Made by a program: the position numbers and the translations under genes | From: Microgenomates group bacterium | GTDB lineage: Bacteria > Patescibacteriota > Microgenomatia > Daviesbacterales > UBA10151 | Length of the DNA stretch: 64,000 nt | Direction of reading: 5' to 3' | NCBI GenBank assembly: GCA_041659805.1 | Contig: JBAZXP010000001.1 | Span: 128,589-192,588, forward strand | The notes under the pieces: model-generated | Seen by the model: the letters and a program-made list of their open reading frames with translations, nothing else | Told to the model about the DNA's origin: nothing | Databases searched by the model: none | Shown: piece after piece, positions 10,057-19,881 of the stretch | Layout: every line of letters begins with the position of its first letter | Numbering within the stretch: position 1 is the first letter of the stretch

Positions 10057-11331
10057 TCATGAGAACAGAGCCAGCTGATCTTCAGAATTTTCTTCCGTCT
10101 CTGTACCGTCCCAAATTTTTATCACTCCATAAGTATTATCATATCCAGGCTTGATTGACAATTTACCCTGTCTGACCCTGTTTACCCCATCAGCTATTTT
10201 TTCACCTGAATATTGTTTGATTAAATCAATGGGAGTTTTGGTTAAAATCTTTAATTCGCAGTCCAGATTCATCACCAATTTATCATATTCATTTCTAACC
10301 TTTTGAGTACCAACTGATTTTTCGAAAGCTTCGGCAATAATTTTTTCTAAACCCACCAACATTCTAAATCCAGGTCTTTTGGGAAAAGCTTTTGACTTAA
10401 TAACTCCATCAACCGTTTCTAAATCCAAGTCTTTAACAGATCTGGTAGCTAATTTTTCTACTCTTTCAGAAACACCGATAGTCATTTTTCTATTACATTT
10501 TGGACAAATTTCACCGTTTACTTTTACGTCCTCAGGTCCCATTATCACATCACAATTTCTGTGACCTGACCAGTGATACTTTCCTTCCTCGGGAAAAAAT
10601 TCAATAGTACCCATTATGTTTTGAGTAATCAAATCGTTCCGAAGTTCATCAAACGTCAGACGACCTTTAAAAATCGTTGCTTCCCTTCCAAGGTTTGGTA
10701 ATGAATGAGCATCAGAAAAAGATAAAATTGCTTTATTATCTAGATCTGCAATTCTCCAATTCATTGTAGGCTCACTAGAAAGACCTGTTTCAATTCCATA
10801 AATTGAATCCGAAAACTCACCAAAACATTCCTTAAAAAAATCATAACCAGACTCAGACCCAAAAAGAGAAAACCAAGGTGTCCAAATATGAGCAGGAATA
10901 ATAATGGCTGTTTTTTCTATGCTAAAAACTATTTCACAAATAGTTTTGGCAGAAAGGCCTGTAATCGGTCTGCCATCTGACGCCAAATTAACTTTCCTAT
11001 TAATAAGTTCTGCAGATAGCTTGGCAACAGATTCAAATGAAGGCATAAAAATTACCAGATGGATTCTTCTGCATTTTCCTTTATCTGTATAAATACAGGA
11101 AATCTCCGTTGTCAGCAAAAACTTAACTCCGTTACTTTCATATAACCCATTCCCTACTTCTTTTAAATTTTGTTTTAGTTCTGCAAACCAAATGGGGTGT
11201 AAAAAATCAGAAGTTCCCAAAAGATCTATCCCCTTAAATTTAGCCCACTTGGCCATGTTGGGAATATTTATCTGTGTTGAGCAGGCTCTGGAAAATCTGG
11301 AATGAAGATGTAAATCAGCTACATAAGCCAT
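10057..11331 (-). CDS. PHP-domain nuclease, endonuclease Q-like (TIGR00375-type) with C4 zinc ribbon
   Basis: N-terminal ADLHLHSRFSRACS PHP motif and CPKC…C zinc ribbon; ~424 aa. Confidence 0.5.
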   Translation of the reverse strand: MAYVADLHLHSRFSRACSTQINIPNMAKWAKFKGIDLLGTSDFLHPIWFAELKQNLKEVGNGLYESNGVKFLLTTEISCIYTDKGKCRRIHLVIFMPSFESVAKLSAELINRKVNLASDGRPITGLSAKTICEIVFSIEKTAIIIPAHIWTPWFSLFGSESGYDFFKECFGEFSDSIYGIETGLSSEPTMNWRIADLDNKAILSFSDAHSLPNLGREATIFKGRLTFDELRNDLITQNIMGTIEFFPEEGKYHWSGHRNCDVIMGPEDVKVNGEICPKCNRKMTIGVSERVEKLATRSVKDLDLETVDGVIKSKAFPKRPGFRMLVGLEKIIAEAFEKSVGTQKVRNEYDKLVMNLDCELKILTKTPIDLIKQYSGEKIADGVNRVRQGKLSIKPGYDNTYGVIKIWDGTETEENSEDQLALFS

Positions 11332-11396
11332 ATATTAATTTATAATTGATAATTTAAAATTGATAAAAAAATTCTAAATTATACATTCTACATTTT

Positions 11397-13142
11397 TCAT
11401 TTTTTGTATTGTTGTTTATACATTTCTGAAATTTCTTTGACAGTTGTTGCATCCTCAGGTCTTTTATCCTCTTCCCTAAATCTGACAAGTCTTGGGAATC
11501 TTAAAGCAAAACCCGGTTCAGAATCAGTTTTTCCTGCTGTGTGAGTTGGAGATTTGGTAATTTCATCTGCCAAAACTTCTATCACAATTTCTGGCTTAAT
11601 CCAAACTGTAGGTGTAATTAAAGAATCTACCCTGGCTGGTTTATGATCTAAACTAATTTTATCTGATCTTGCATGAATTTCTTTCCACTCAATATCTGTT
11701 AACCCTGTCCCAATTTTGGAAACCGTAACAAACATATCTTTTTGTGCGTCATAAACTCCTACTAAAAGTGATCCAGCCCCAAAACCAGACCTTTTTCCTT
11801 TTCCAAAAATATATCCTAAAATTACACAATCAATTGTGTCATGTAATTCCCCTGCCGAATGCCTTTTTAGTTTTACCCAGTTGAAATTTCTGGCTCCTGC
11901 CTCATAATTTGAATCAGGTTTTTTAACAATTAAACCTTCCAAACCACGGGTTATGGCATCGTCAAACATTTGTTGGATATGTTCTGCAGAATCTGTTACT
12001 TCTCCTGGTTCTGGGATGAGTGTTTTATCACCTTTTACTTCTGAAGTTAAAATTTTCATTCTTTCATTCAATGGTAAATCTACCAAGGATTTCCCATTAA
12101 GATACATAATGTCAAAAACAAAAGCCTTCAGTGGGAGCGATTTGCTCATCTCCTCGATATTGTATTTTCTGCGTCTTTTGGTAGTTTCCTGAAATGGTAA
12201 GAATTCTTCAGAATCAGGGTTATATGCCAGGGCTTCTGAATCTAAAATAATATTTTTTGCTTTAACTTGTTTTAAAACTCCTTCAATAATTTCTGGCATC
12301 ATTAAAGTTGTTTCTTCTAGGTTTCTGGAAAATAATCTGACTTTATCTCCATCTTTATGAATCTGAACCCTGAAACCGTCATATTTATATTGAATATGTG
12401 CTCTGCCCCCCATTTTTTCCAGAATTGTTTTGGCGTCAGGCAATCTTTCTGTGAGCTCCGAACGTAATGGTCTGCCAACTTCCACATCCAGTTTTTGAAT
12501 ACCTTCTAAACCCTTTTCCCATAAAGTTTGCCCAATAATTCCTAAATCAGATGTTTTATTGTAAGCAACTTCTAACTCTTTCCTTTGATTTCTGTGTCCT
12601 AATTTGCTTTCTGCAAAAGCATCCAAAATTGTTGGATCCCCTACCCCTAATCTTGAAGACCCCATGGGAATTCTGACTAAATGTTTGGCAGAAATAGGAT
12701 CCATATTTTGCAGCAAATCAGCTAAAAGATTAACTCTTTTTTCTACAGTCCCTGCGCCATTAGTCTTTGCAATTTCCAGTAATGTGTTAAAAACATCAGA
12801 AACTGAGGCGTGTGATCCTTCGGCTCGTTTCACTCGCTCAGGATGACTCGCTAAAACGCTCGTCACTTTCCCTAAATCCCCCATCTCACTATATTTTTTC
12901 AGTACTTCTTCCCGGCTGACCCCATATGCTTTAGCAATTGCTTCTGCTACCAATTTTTCACTCATCCCAATTTCTATTGCTTCATAAAAAGGAGCTACCC
13001 TACCCTGAATTAGATAAACTACCTGGGCTATATCAGAAGTTTCTACTTCTGAAAAAAGTTTGGATAAAGTATTTATTAAAATTAATCTGGAAGAAGTTTC
13101 TTCTAATTGTTCTAAATAGCTTGCGAACGTACTAAATACCAT
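11397..13142 (-). CDS. lig: ATP-dependent DNA ligase (Lig1/LigB type); start chosen at internal Met (MVFSTFASYLEQ) to avoid overlap
   Basis: Adenylation motif KYDGFRVQIH (KxDG) and OB-fold region; the ORF-track start at 13220 overlaps the next gene. Confidence 0.85.
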   Translation of the reverse strand: MVFSTFASYLEQLEETSSRLILINTLSKLFSEVETSDIAQVVYLIQGRVAPFYEAIEIGMSEKLVAEAIAKAYGVSREEVLKKYSEMGDLGKVTSVLASHPERVKRAEGSHASVSDVFNTLLEIAKTNGAGTVEKRVNLLADLLQNMDPISAKHLVRIPMGSSRLGVGDPTILDAFAESKLGHRNQRKELEVAYNKTSDLGIIGQTLWEKGLEGIQKLDVEVGRPLRSELTERLPDAKTILEKMGGRAHIQYKYDGFRVQIHKDGDKVRLFSRNLEETTLMMPEIIEGVLKQVKAKNIILDSEALAYNPDSEEFLPFQETTKRRRKYNIEEMSKSLPLKAFVFDIMYLNGKSLVDLPLNERMKILTSEVKGDKTLIPEPGEVTDSAEHIQQMFDDAITRGLEGLIVKKPDSNYEAGARNFNWVKLKRHSAGELHDTIDCVILGYIFGKGKRSGFGAGSLLVGVYDAQKDMFVTVSKIGTGLTDIEWKEIHARSDKISLDHKPARVDSLITPTVWIKPEIVIEVLADEITKSPTHTAGKTDSEPGFALRFPRLVRFREEDKRPEDATTVKEISEMYKQQYKK

Positions 13143-13178
13143 CACAAAGATTGTAATCAATCCTTTTCTTAATGTAAA

Positions 13179-13730
13179 ATGGGTAAAATGGATCAACAAG
13201 TAGAAATAGAAAAACCGCAATTACAAGTTGATTTAGAAACCTATTTATCAAAAATTCCTGAAGCAGATAAAAACCATCTAAGAAGTCTGGCAGATAATTT
13301 TCAAAAAGTAATGAAAAAACAAGGCAGATCTGGTTCTCTAGTAATAGTTGGCGGATCAATTACTAAACCATGGCCTAGAAAAGATATTGATATCCTTTTA
13401 CTTCGTAACCGATCTCCTCAAGATGTTCCCAGAGGAGATCGTACAATATACAAATATACATTAGCTGAATATGAAGAACTTAAAAATATTATTGAAAAGA
13501 TTGCCGCTAATACAGATTTAAAAATAGATAATGAGCATAGCGTAGAACCACTAATTGATGAGGAATTTGGCAGTGAAACTATTTTGCGTCACGATGGCAA
13601 TATTGTTATAAAAAGTGATGCCGACAAAGGGATTCCACTTGAATTCGTCAGCATGTCAAAACGTGGGAGCTATCGTGATGGTCTTATTCAAGGAGGCAAA
13701 CCTTTTGTAGTTTTAGCTGAAAATCTTTAA
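13179..13730 (+). CDS. Minimal nucleotidyltransferase (Pol-beta superfamily) domain protein
   Basis: GS…DID signature in LVIVGGSITKPWPRKDIDILLL. Confidence 0.45.
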   Translation: MGKMDQQVEIEKPQLQVDLETYLSKIPEADKNHLRSLADNFQKVMKKQGRSGSLVIVGGSITKPWPRKDIDILLLRNRSPQDVPRGDRTIYKYTLAEYEELKNIIEKIAANTDLKIDNEHSVEPLIDEEFGSETILRHDGNIVIKSDADKGIPLEFVSMSKRGSYRDGLIQGGKPFVVLAENL

Positions 13731-13829
13731 ACATTTTTCCCAACCCCGAAGGATACAATTGCAATAAATTAGTTCTTCAATAAAAGAATCTATTGAAAAA
13801 TATCTTCTATCGTAGTAATAATTAAAATA

Positions 13830-14222
13830 GTGAACGAAGCTGAACAGTCGCGCAACAAACTACATATTATTGATCTCACCAAAGTACCGGTGGAAGAAGT
13901 GTGTGATCTTCATGATCAAACTTTGGAACAAACACTCCAGCAAACAGGCACAACAATTAAAATCGGAGTTCAACAAGTAAAACGAAGATTTTTGAGCGGA
14001 GCTTCTGCTGATGAAATCACAGGATTACTTAACAGAGTACTTGAAACAGTTGAACATAATAACAGACTAATCCTGAACTTAAGAGATGTTATCATTCACC
14101 CTGAATCAGCCCCAATTAACCCACAATGGAGAAATGACCCCTCAGCTACTGAAGCACTTAATCACCGGGATGTTTATTGGTTGGGAGAAATCCCCAATGA
14201 AATTCAACCCGAAGATTGCTAA
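13830..14222 (+). CDS. Hypothetical protein with HEPN-like Rx4H motif
   Basis: LNLRDVIIHP contains R-x4-H; size and adjacency to the NTase resemble HepT/MntA-type pairs. Confidence 0.3.
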   Translation: MNEAEQSRNKLHIIDLTKVPVEEVCDLHDQTLEQTLQQTGTTIKIGVQQVKRRFLSGASADEITGLLNRVLETVEHNNRLILNLRDVIIHPESAPINPQWRNDPSATEALNHRDVYWLGEIPNEIQPEDC

Positions 14223-14223
14223 C

Positions 14224-15306
14224 CTATTTCAAGACATACATGGCATTTTTAGTGCCACCTGTTTTTTTGACTAAACCTTTTTGTTTTAAGAATTTAATTT
14301 CCCTTAAAACCGTGTCATCTGAATAATCAGGAAAAATCTTTCTGAAATCTTTGTTCTGCATCTCCTTATGTCTGTGCAAAAATTCCATAATAATCATTTG
14401 TCTTTCATTCAAAGTTACCTGCTCCCCTAGCTGATCCTTAATTCTGGCATCTGCTGAAATTCTTTTAACTCTTTCTTTAATCCTGTTTAATTCTATTGCT
14501 ACACCTTCCACAAAATAATCCAACCAAGGAGTCAAATCCCTTTCATGAGTGTCTAATACCAATTGATTAGAAACTGCCTGCAGGGTTAAATAATAATCCA
14601 TCGGGTTTTCATCAAAATATTCTTCAAAAGAAAAAAATTTCCTGATGTCATAGTTATCCAAAAACATAACCAATGTAGCAACTGCCCTGGCAGTCCGTCC
14701 GTTTCCGTCAGCAAAAGGATGGATTCTAGCTAACTCATAATGAATAATGCCTGCTTTTATCACAGGATGAATATCTTTTACTTCCTCTGAGTTGATCCAG
14801 TTTATTAAATCCTCCAAAAGATACGGTACTTCTGCAGCAGGAGGAGGGGTATAAGAAACCTGCCCTGTTTGAGTGTTTTTAATTACTACTTGTTTAGTTC
14901 TGAGTGCCCCGCTTTTTTCCTCAGGTAAAATTTTATCTGTTGTTAATTTATGAATTTGTAAAATAGTGTCCAAAGTAACGATATACCCCACCCCTTCAGG
15001 AGCAGCAATTTGAGTCGAAACTTCGTCAATAAATCTTAGAACATTTCTATAATTTAAAATTTCCTGAATATCCCTATCGCGTCCTACTACATCTTCTCCA
15101 GCTAAAACCTCTTTTGCTTCTTCCAGAGTTAATTGATTTCCCTCCAAATGAGTTCCATGATGAACAGTTCTCTCGATTGCTTCTTTCCTGAATTTTGCTT
15201 CCCAGGCTGGGATTAAAGGAGAACTTAAAATTACTTCACGCGAAGCATCAACTATACCGATATTTCTTAGAATTTTATTAGAGATTGTGTATTTGGGGAC
15301 AAACAT
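14224..15306 (-). CDS. Fic/Doc family protein (AMPylator-type) with C-terminal wHTH
   Basis: Fic motif HPFADGNGRTAR; start chosen at internal Met MFVPKYTISN. Confidence 0.8.
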   Translation of the reverse strand: MFVPKYTISNKILRNIGIVDASREVILSSPLIPAWEAKFRKEAIERTVHHGTHLEGNQLTLEEAKEVLAGEDVVGRDRDIQEILNYRNVLRFIDEVSTQIAAPEGVGYIVTLDTILQIHKLTTDKILPEEKSGALRTKQVVIKNTQTGQVSYTPPPAAEVPYLLEDLINWINSEEVKDIHPVIKAGIIHYELARIHPFADGNGRTARAVATLVMFLDNYDIRKFFSFEEYFDENPMDYYLTLQAVSNQLVLDTHERDLTPWLDYFVEGVAIELNRIKERVKRISADARIKDQLGEQVTLNERQMIIMEFLHRHKEMQNKDFRKIFPDYSDDTVLREIKFLKQKGLVKKTGGTKNAMYVLK

Positions 15307-15346
15307 GAAATCAATTATTGCACATTTCCCGCAAAAAAAGAAGAAG

Positions 15347-16279
15347 TTAGGCAAGCAGCATTTCTAAAAGTGCCATCCTAACAAATAAACCATTCTGAGC
15401 TTGTTTAAAGGGAATCACCCTTTTATCTACATCCACCTCCGGAGGCAACTCATCATTTCTGGGTAACGGATGCATCACGATACTGCTTTGAGGAAGATTT
15501 TCTAACATTGCCAAATCCATACGGTAATCTTTTTTATATGGGGTGTAGTCTTCACTCCCAGCCAATCTTTCATCCTGAACTCTGGTCATATAAACCACAT
15601 CAGCGATCTTAGTTGCATCTTTTAAGGTTTTATTTTCAAAAAAAGGAACTGAGTGTTTAAAAAGATAATCTTTAATCCCTTGTTGTACTCCAAAACCGGG
15701 AGGAGACACAAAGTCTATACTGACACCTTCAAACTTTGCTAACAAATACGATAATGAGTTTATTGTCCGTCCATGAGCTAAGTCACCAACCATGGCAACC
15801 CGCAGTCCATTAAGTTCACCTTTAAAATGTTCATGAATTGTATAGACATCCAAAAGAGCCTGAGTGGGGTGTTGCCCTTTTCCATCTCCTGCGTTCAATA
15901 CAGGAATATTTACGACACTCGCAGCACGGGACGCTGCCCCATCTTCTTTATGACGCAAAACAATTGCATCATGGTAGTATCCTTCAATAATCCTGGCAGT
16001 ATCCTCCAGTGTTTCTCCCTTTATAGCAGAAGAAAATTCCGCTGCATTTTCTGTACTTAAGGCAGTTCCACCAAGCAACGTTGTTGCTGTTTCAAAAGAA
16101 ATCCTGGTTCTGGTAGAGGGTTCATAAAAAAGATGACAGACAATTTTGTTTTTTAAAGAATGTCTGTCTTTTCTAACTGCTGCGTCCTTCATATCGTTGG
16201 ATAAGGGGAAAAGATCCAACTCCAGGAAGCTGCGGTCAAATTGTTGTGCTTCAAGAATGTCTCTTAATTTTTCTACCAT
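15347..16279 (-). CDS. pyrB: Aspartate carbamoyltransferase catalytic subunit
   Basis: STRTRISFE, HPTQALLD and HPLPR motifs; ~310 aa. Confidence 0.8.
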   Translation of the reverse strand: MVEKLRDILEAQQFDRSFLELDLFPLSNDMKDAAVRKDRHSLKNKIVCHLFYEPSTRTRISFETATTLLGGTALSTENAAEFSSAIKGETLEDTARIIEGYYHDAIVLRHKEDGAASRAASVVNIPVLNAGDGKGQHPTQALLDVYTIHEHFKGELNGLRVAMVGDLAHGRTINSLSYLLAKFEGVSIDFVSPPGFGVQQGIKDYLFKHSVPFFENKTLKDATKIADVVYMTRVQDERLAGSEDYTPYKKDYRMDLAMLENLPQSSIVMHPLPRNDELPPEVDVDKRVIPFKQAQNGLFVRMALLEMLLA

Positions 16280-16342
16280 AAAAAAGTCTTCTTCTATTTA
16301 TAAAGCACCCCACAAAGATGTCAATATGCTAAAATTATAAAT

Positions 16343-16657
16343 ATGGTTAAGCAAACTAAGGCAGTAACTAAAGCAAAAGCTAAAGTAAAAAGAAAAGAAA
16401 AGAAAATAGAAGAAAAAAGATTCCACGAAGAGCTGATAGCTCAGCTATTGACTCTGGCAACGAGTGGTTTTGGGTTAGTGGCAGCACTGGCCTGGAATCA
16501 AGCTATTCAGGCTTTTGTGACCCAATATATTACCCCCCGTATTCCTGGCTCAGGACTTATTTCTCAATTAATTTATGCAATTTTGATAACCAGCTTGGCA
16601 GTTTTTATTACCTATCAACTTTCTAAAATTTCTAATCACCTGGAATCTAAAAAGTAA
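16343..16657 (+). CDS. Small membrane protein with Lys-rich N-terminus
   Basis: Two TM helices after a KAKAKVKRKEKK stretch. Confidence 0.35.
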   Translation: MVKQTKAVTKAKAKVKRKEKKIEEKRFHEELIAQLLTLATSGFGLVAALAWNQAIQAFVTQYITPRIPGSGLISQLIYAILITSLAVFITYQLSKISNHLESKK

Positions 16658-17789
16658 TCGAACCTTTTTCAACATTAATTTTTTGTACTTTTTTCATAAA
16701 ACCGGCTGGGATTTGTTCGTTTTCCACTGCTGAAATAATAGTTTGCTGACCAGAAACTGCAGAAATTATATATTCACGATGATTAGTATCAAGTTCTGAA
16801 AAAACATCATCCAGCAAAAGTATCGGACAAGTATTTTTAAATTGTTTGATAAACTGCAGCTCTGCCAACTTTAAATCCAAGACAGCAGTTCTTTGCTCTC
16901 CCCTAGAACCGAAATGAGCCATATTTTTGCCCTTATTGTGAAAAACAAAGTCGTCTCTGTGCGGACCAATTAAAGTATTTGCTGCCGCAATTTCCCTGCC
17001 CAAATATTCCTGAAGCCTTTCTGCAGTTAAAACACTTTCTAAATAATCAAATCTAAATTGAGATTCATTTTTTAAATCATTTAAACTTTGAAAAAAGAGT
17101 CTCCTTTTTTCAGAAACCACAATTCCGAAATCAACTACCTGTTTACTCCAAAAAGTTAGTTCATCAGTCCTGGCAAGTCCTTCTTTTATTCTTTTCAAAA
17201 TTCTATTCCGGGAAACAACAGCCTCGTGATAATGCGTCAAAGAATTTTTATAAAGTTTATCAATTTGAGCTAAGCAAAGGTCAATATGCCAACGGCGAAG
17301 GGCTGGTGGACCTGTCACTAAATTTATATCTTCCGGTGAAAAATGAACCACTACTAAATTACCAATATAATCAACAGAACGTCTGGGCACCCCATTTACC
17401 CTTACCCTTTTTTCCAACCCATTCCCTTCTTCTCTCAGTTGCATCCCAATTTCTAACTTTGTAGAATCTTCAACGGGTGGCACGAGTCGGGTCGCCCCAT
17501 GATGGGGCCCCGCACTTGCTAGCGTAGTGGGTAAATCATGGGGCTGACGAGTGACAGGACCCGTTTCTAAAACTTCTCCTTCCACAAAACACCCTACCTC
17601 CCCATCTTTAATTAGCTGAATATCTTTTTCTGCTCTGGGAGATTTAGTGGTGGCTAAAAAATAAATTGCTTCTAAGAAATTTGATTTTCCCTGGGCATTT
17701 TCTCCAATAAGAAGAGTCGTTTGATTAAAAACAATTTCCAGTTTGGAATAATTTCGAAAAGATGTAAGTTTGAGGTTCTTTAAAAACAT
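16647..17789 (-). CDS. recF: DNA replication/repair protein RecF carrying a GC-rich in-frame insertion
   Basis: Walker A LIGENAQGKSNFLEA and ABC-signature region; ~30-aa GC-rich insert (…GPVTRQPHDLPTTLASAGPHHGATRLVPP…). Confidence 0.8.
   Translation of the reverse strand: MFLKNLKLTSFRNYSKLEIVFNQTTLLIGENAQGKSNFLEAIYFLATTKSPRAEKDIQLIKDGEVGCFVEGEVLETGPVTRQPHDLPTTLASAGPHHGATRLVPPVEDSTKLEIGMQLREEGNGLEKRVRVNGVPRRSVDYIGNLVVVHFSPEDINLVTGPPALRRWHIDLCLAQIDKLYKNSLTHYHEAVVSRNRILKRIKEGLARTDELTFWSKQVVDFGIVVSEKRRLFFQSLNDLKNESQFRFDYLESVLTAERLQEYLGREIAAANTLIGPHRDDFVFHNKGKNMAHFGSRGEQRTAVLDLKLAELQFIKQFKNTCPILLLDDVFSELDTNHREYIISAVSGQQTIISAVENEQIPAGFMKKVQKINVEKGSITF
17474..17563. repeat. GC-rich (~60% GC) in-frame insertion within recF containing the hairpin GCCCCATGATGGGGC and the motif CTGACGAGTGACAGG
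   Basis: Sharp local GC jump inside an AT-rich gene; 6-bp stem hairpin; motif shared with the polA insert. Confidence 0.55.
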
Positions 17790-17830
17790 GTTCTCAGAGG
17801 ATAATGCAGTATCTAAAAAGAATCAAGTTA

Positions 17831-19210
17831 TTAACTTCTCTTTTCCCAATGACCAAGTCCTAAAAATTCCCGGCAATGATCTGGTAAATGCCATTCTTCA
17901 AAAAACCAACTTGGACGCATTGCTACCAAACCAATCACTAATGTTATTATTCCAACCACTACCATAATTGGTGAAGCGCCAAAAAGATCTGCAAAACCCC
18001 CAGCCAAAACAACTGGAACAGCAGAAAAAGCTGTCATTAAAACTGCCAGCATAGCGAAAACCTTTCCTCTATTTTTTTCTGTTGTTTTTTCCTGCAGGGA
18101 TGTTTGAGTCGGAATAATAATAGAAACAGCACTAAGTCCTGCCAAAAAGGCCAAGATAGAAAAGTAAAAAGAAAGAGACGGTGCCCTTAAAAAATATCTT
18201 GGGCGGGTAATATAAGAAGGCAGATCTGTTGACTGCAACATATCTGCAATGGCTGGAATTACTCCCATCAGAAAAAAGATAATACCGCTGGCAACTATGG
18301 CTGGAATTACCAAAGTTCTTCTTGGTTTACCTGCAAAAAGTCTGCCTACCACAATTGCTCCAATTACCATTCCTAAACCAAGTGGCAACATCACAAAATA
18401 AGAAGCATCTGTTGCATGAATTTTTAATACTCTTTCCAAATATGAAGGCATCAGCACAGCCAACACTCCAATAATTCCCTGAACTCCTGCAAGTAATGCT
18501 ATGGAAACTGTAATATCAAATCTGCTTCTTATAAATCTATAAGTGGTTGAAACTTCTTCCCCTGTTAAATCCAGTAATTTATTTAAATATTCTAAAGAAA
18601 AAGATTTTTTAATTTTTCTTCTGTTTTCAGTTCTAATCACTGGTAAATTACGGGATAAAATAAAAGCCAAGCCCAATGATCCTGCACCAAATAAAAATGC
18701 TGCATTAATTCCCAAGTGAGTTAAAATTGGTCCAGCTAAAGATGATCCTGCCATAAATGAAGCATAAAGTGTTAAGGAAAATAAGGAATTTGCTATAAAT
18801 AATTGTTTTTTAGAAACTAGAATTGGAATAGAAGAACTTTCTGAGGGCATAAAAAATTGAGCTAATGAATTTATAAAAAAAGTATTTAATAAAATCAAAG
18901 GAAAATAACCCCTGATTGGAATAAATAACAAAAATGATAAAGCTAATAATAAATCAACAGTTAAAATAATTTTTCTTTTATCAGCCAGATCCACAAATAC
19001 TCCAGCAAAAATACCAAAAATAACCACTGGTAAATAAACACAAAGTAAAAGCATGGAAACTGCTAAGTTTGAATCTGTAAGTTTGTAGACCCAAATAAGT
19101 AAGGCAAAGTTTAAAGTATTGTAGGCAAGCTGGATTAATATCTGATTAATCCATAAATATCTAAAACCCCGGTTACTTATAACCGAGGCAAATGTTGGTT
19201 TACTAGACAT
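17831..19210 (-). CDS. MFS transporter
   Basis: 12 TM helices and MFS-like loop motifs. Confidence 0.7.
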   Translation of the reverse strand: MSSKPTFASVISNRGFRYLWINQILIQLAYNTLNFALLIWVYKLTDSNLAVSMLLLCVYLPVVIFGIFAGVFVDLADKRKIILTVDLLLALSFLLFIPIRGYFPLILLNTFFINSLAQFFMPSESSSIPILVSKKQLFIANSLFSLTLYASFMAGSSLAGPILTHLGINAAFLFGAGSLGLAFILSRNLPVIRTENRRKIKKSFSLEYLNKLLDLTGEEVSTTYRFIRSRFDITVSIALLAGVQGIIGVLAVLMPSYLERVLKIHATDASYFVMLPLGLGMVIGAIVVGRLFAGKPRRTLVIPAIVASGIIFFLMGVIPAIADMLQSTDLPSYITRPRYFLRAPSLSFYFSILAFLAGLSAVSIIIPTQTSLQEKTTEKNRGKVFAMLAVLMTAFSAVPVVLAGGFADLFGASPIMVVVGIITLVIGLVAMRPSWFFEEWHLPDHCREFLGLGHWEKRS

Positions 19211-19233
19211 AAGTTTTCACAGACCAGGAAATA

Positions 19234-19875
19234 TTATACCAAATGCTCCCAAAGTAAATGGGGTGAATGTAACAACCAATGATGATCCATACCTTTTAAC
19301 ACTTCTAGTTTGGAATAAGGAATAAGTTTATGCATTCTTTTTCCCTGCCATACCGGTACTAACAAATCCTTTTCTCCCCAAATAAGCACAGTAGGAACCT
19401 TTATTAGCCGACACTTATCTTCTAAATCTATATACTGAGAAATTTTGGTTAATTGCAGATGAATCAGTGGCGATTGCATTAATTTGAGTAAATCCACGCT
19501 TCTTTCCCAAAAAGCCCGTTTTTCATTCAGAAAAATATCTTTTACTAGGTGCCCAATTGCTTTTACAGGTGACTCTCTACCATTAATGCCCTCTGAATCA
19601 ACTAAAAATAAATGCTCTATTTTTTCTGGATACTGAACAGTAAAGTGGATTGCTAATGCTCCTCCTAAAGAATGTCCAAGAAGATATACTTTTGATAAAT
19701 TATTCGCTTTTAAGAAATTTAAAATGCGTTCACTTGCTTTATTCAGATCTATTTCAGGCATCAGTTGTGCTGGTGTTAACAACCAAATTTTCCAACCTTC
19801 AGGCACATTTTTATGCAATTTCCAGTATGAATTTTTATTTGAACCAAGACCACCAATCACAACTAGATTATTCAT
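19234..19875 (-). CDS. Alpha/beta hydrolase
   Basis: Nucleophile elbow LLGHSLGGA. Confidence 0.6.
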   Translation of the reverse strand: MNNLVVIGGLGSNKNSYWKLHKNVPEGWKIWLLTPAQLMPEIDLNKASERILNFLKANNLSKVYLLGHSLGGALAIHFTVQYPEKIEHLFLVDSEGINGRESPVKAIGHLVKDIFLNEKRAFWERSVDLLKLMQSPLIHLQLTKISQYIDLEDKCRLIKVPTVLIWGEKDLLVPVWQGKRMHKLIPYSKLEVLKGMDHHWLLHSPHLLWEHLV

Positions 19876-19881
19876 AATGAA

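Noticed and set aside
13143-13220. N-terminal 26 codons of the ligase ORF (MRFFYFYLLIHFTHF…)
   Set aside because: Low-complexity sequence that would overlap the divergently placed NTase gene. The internal Met at 13142 gives a conventional ligase N-terminus.
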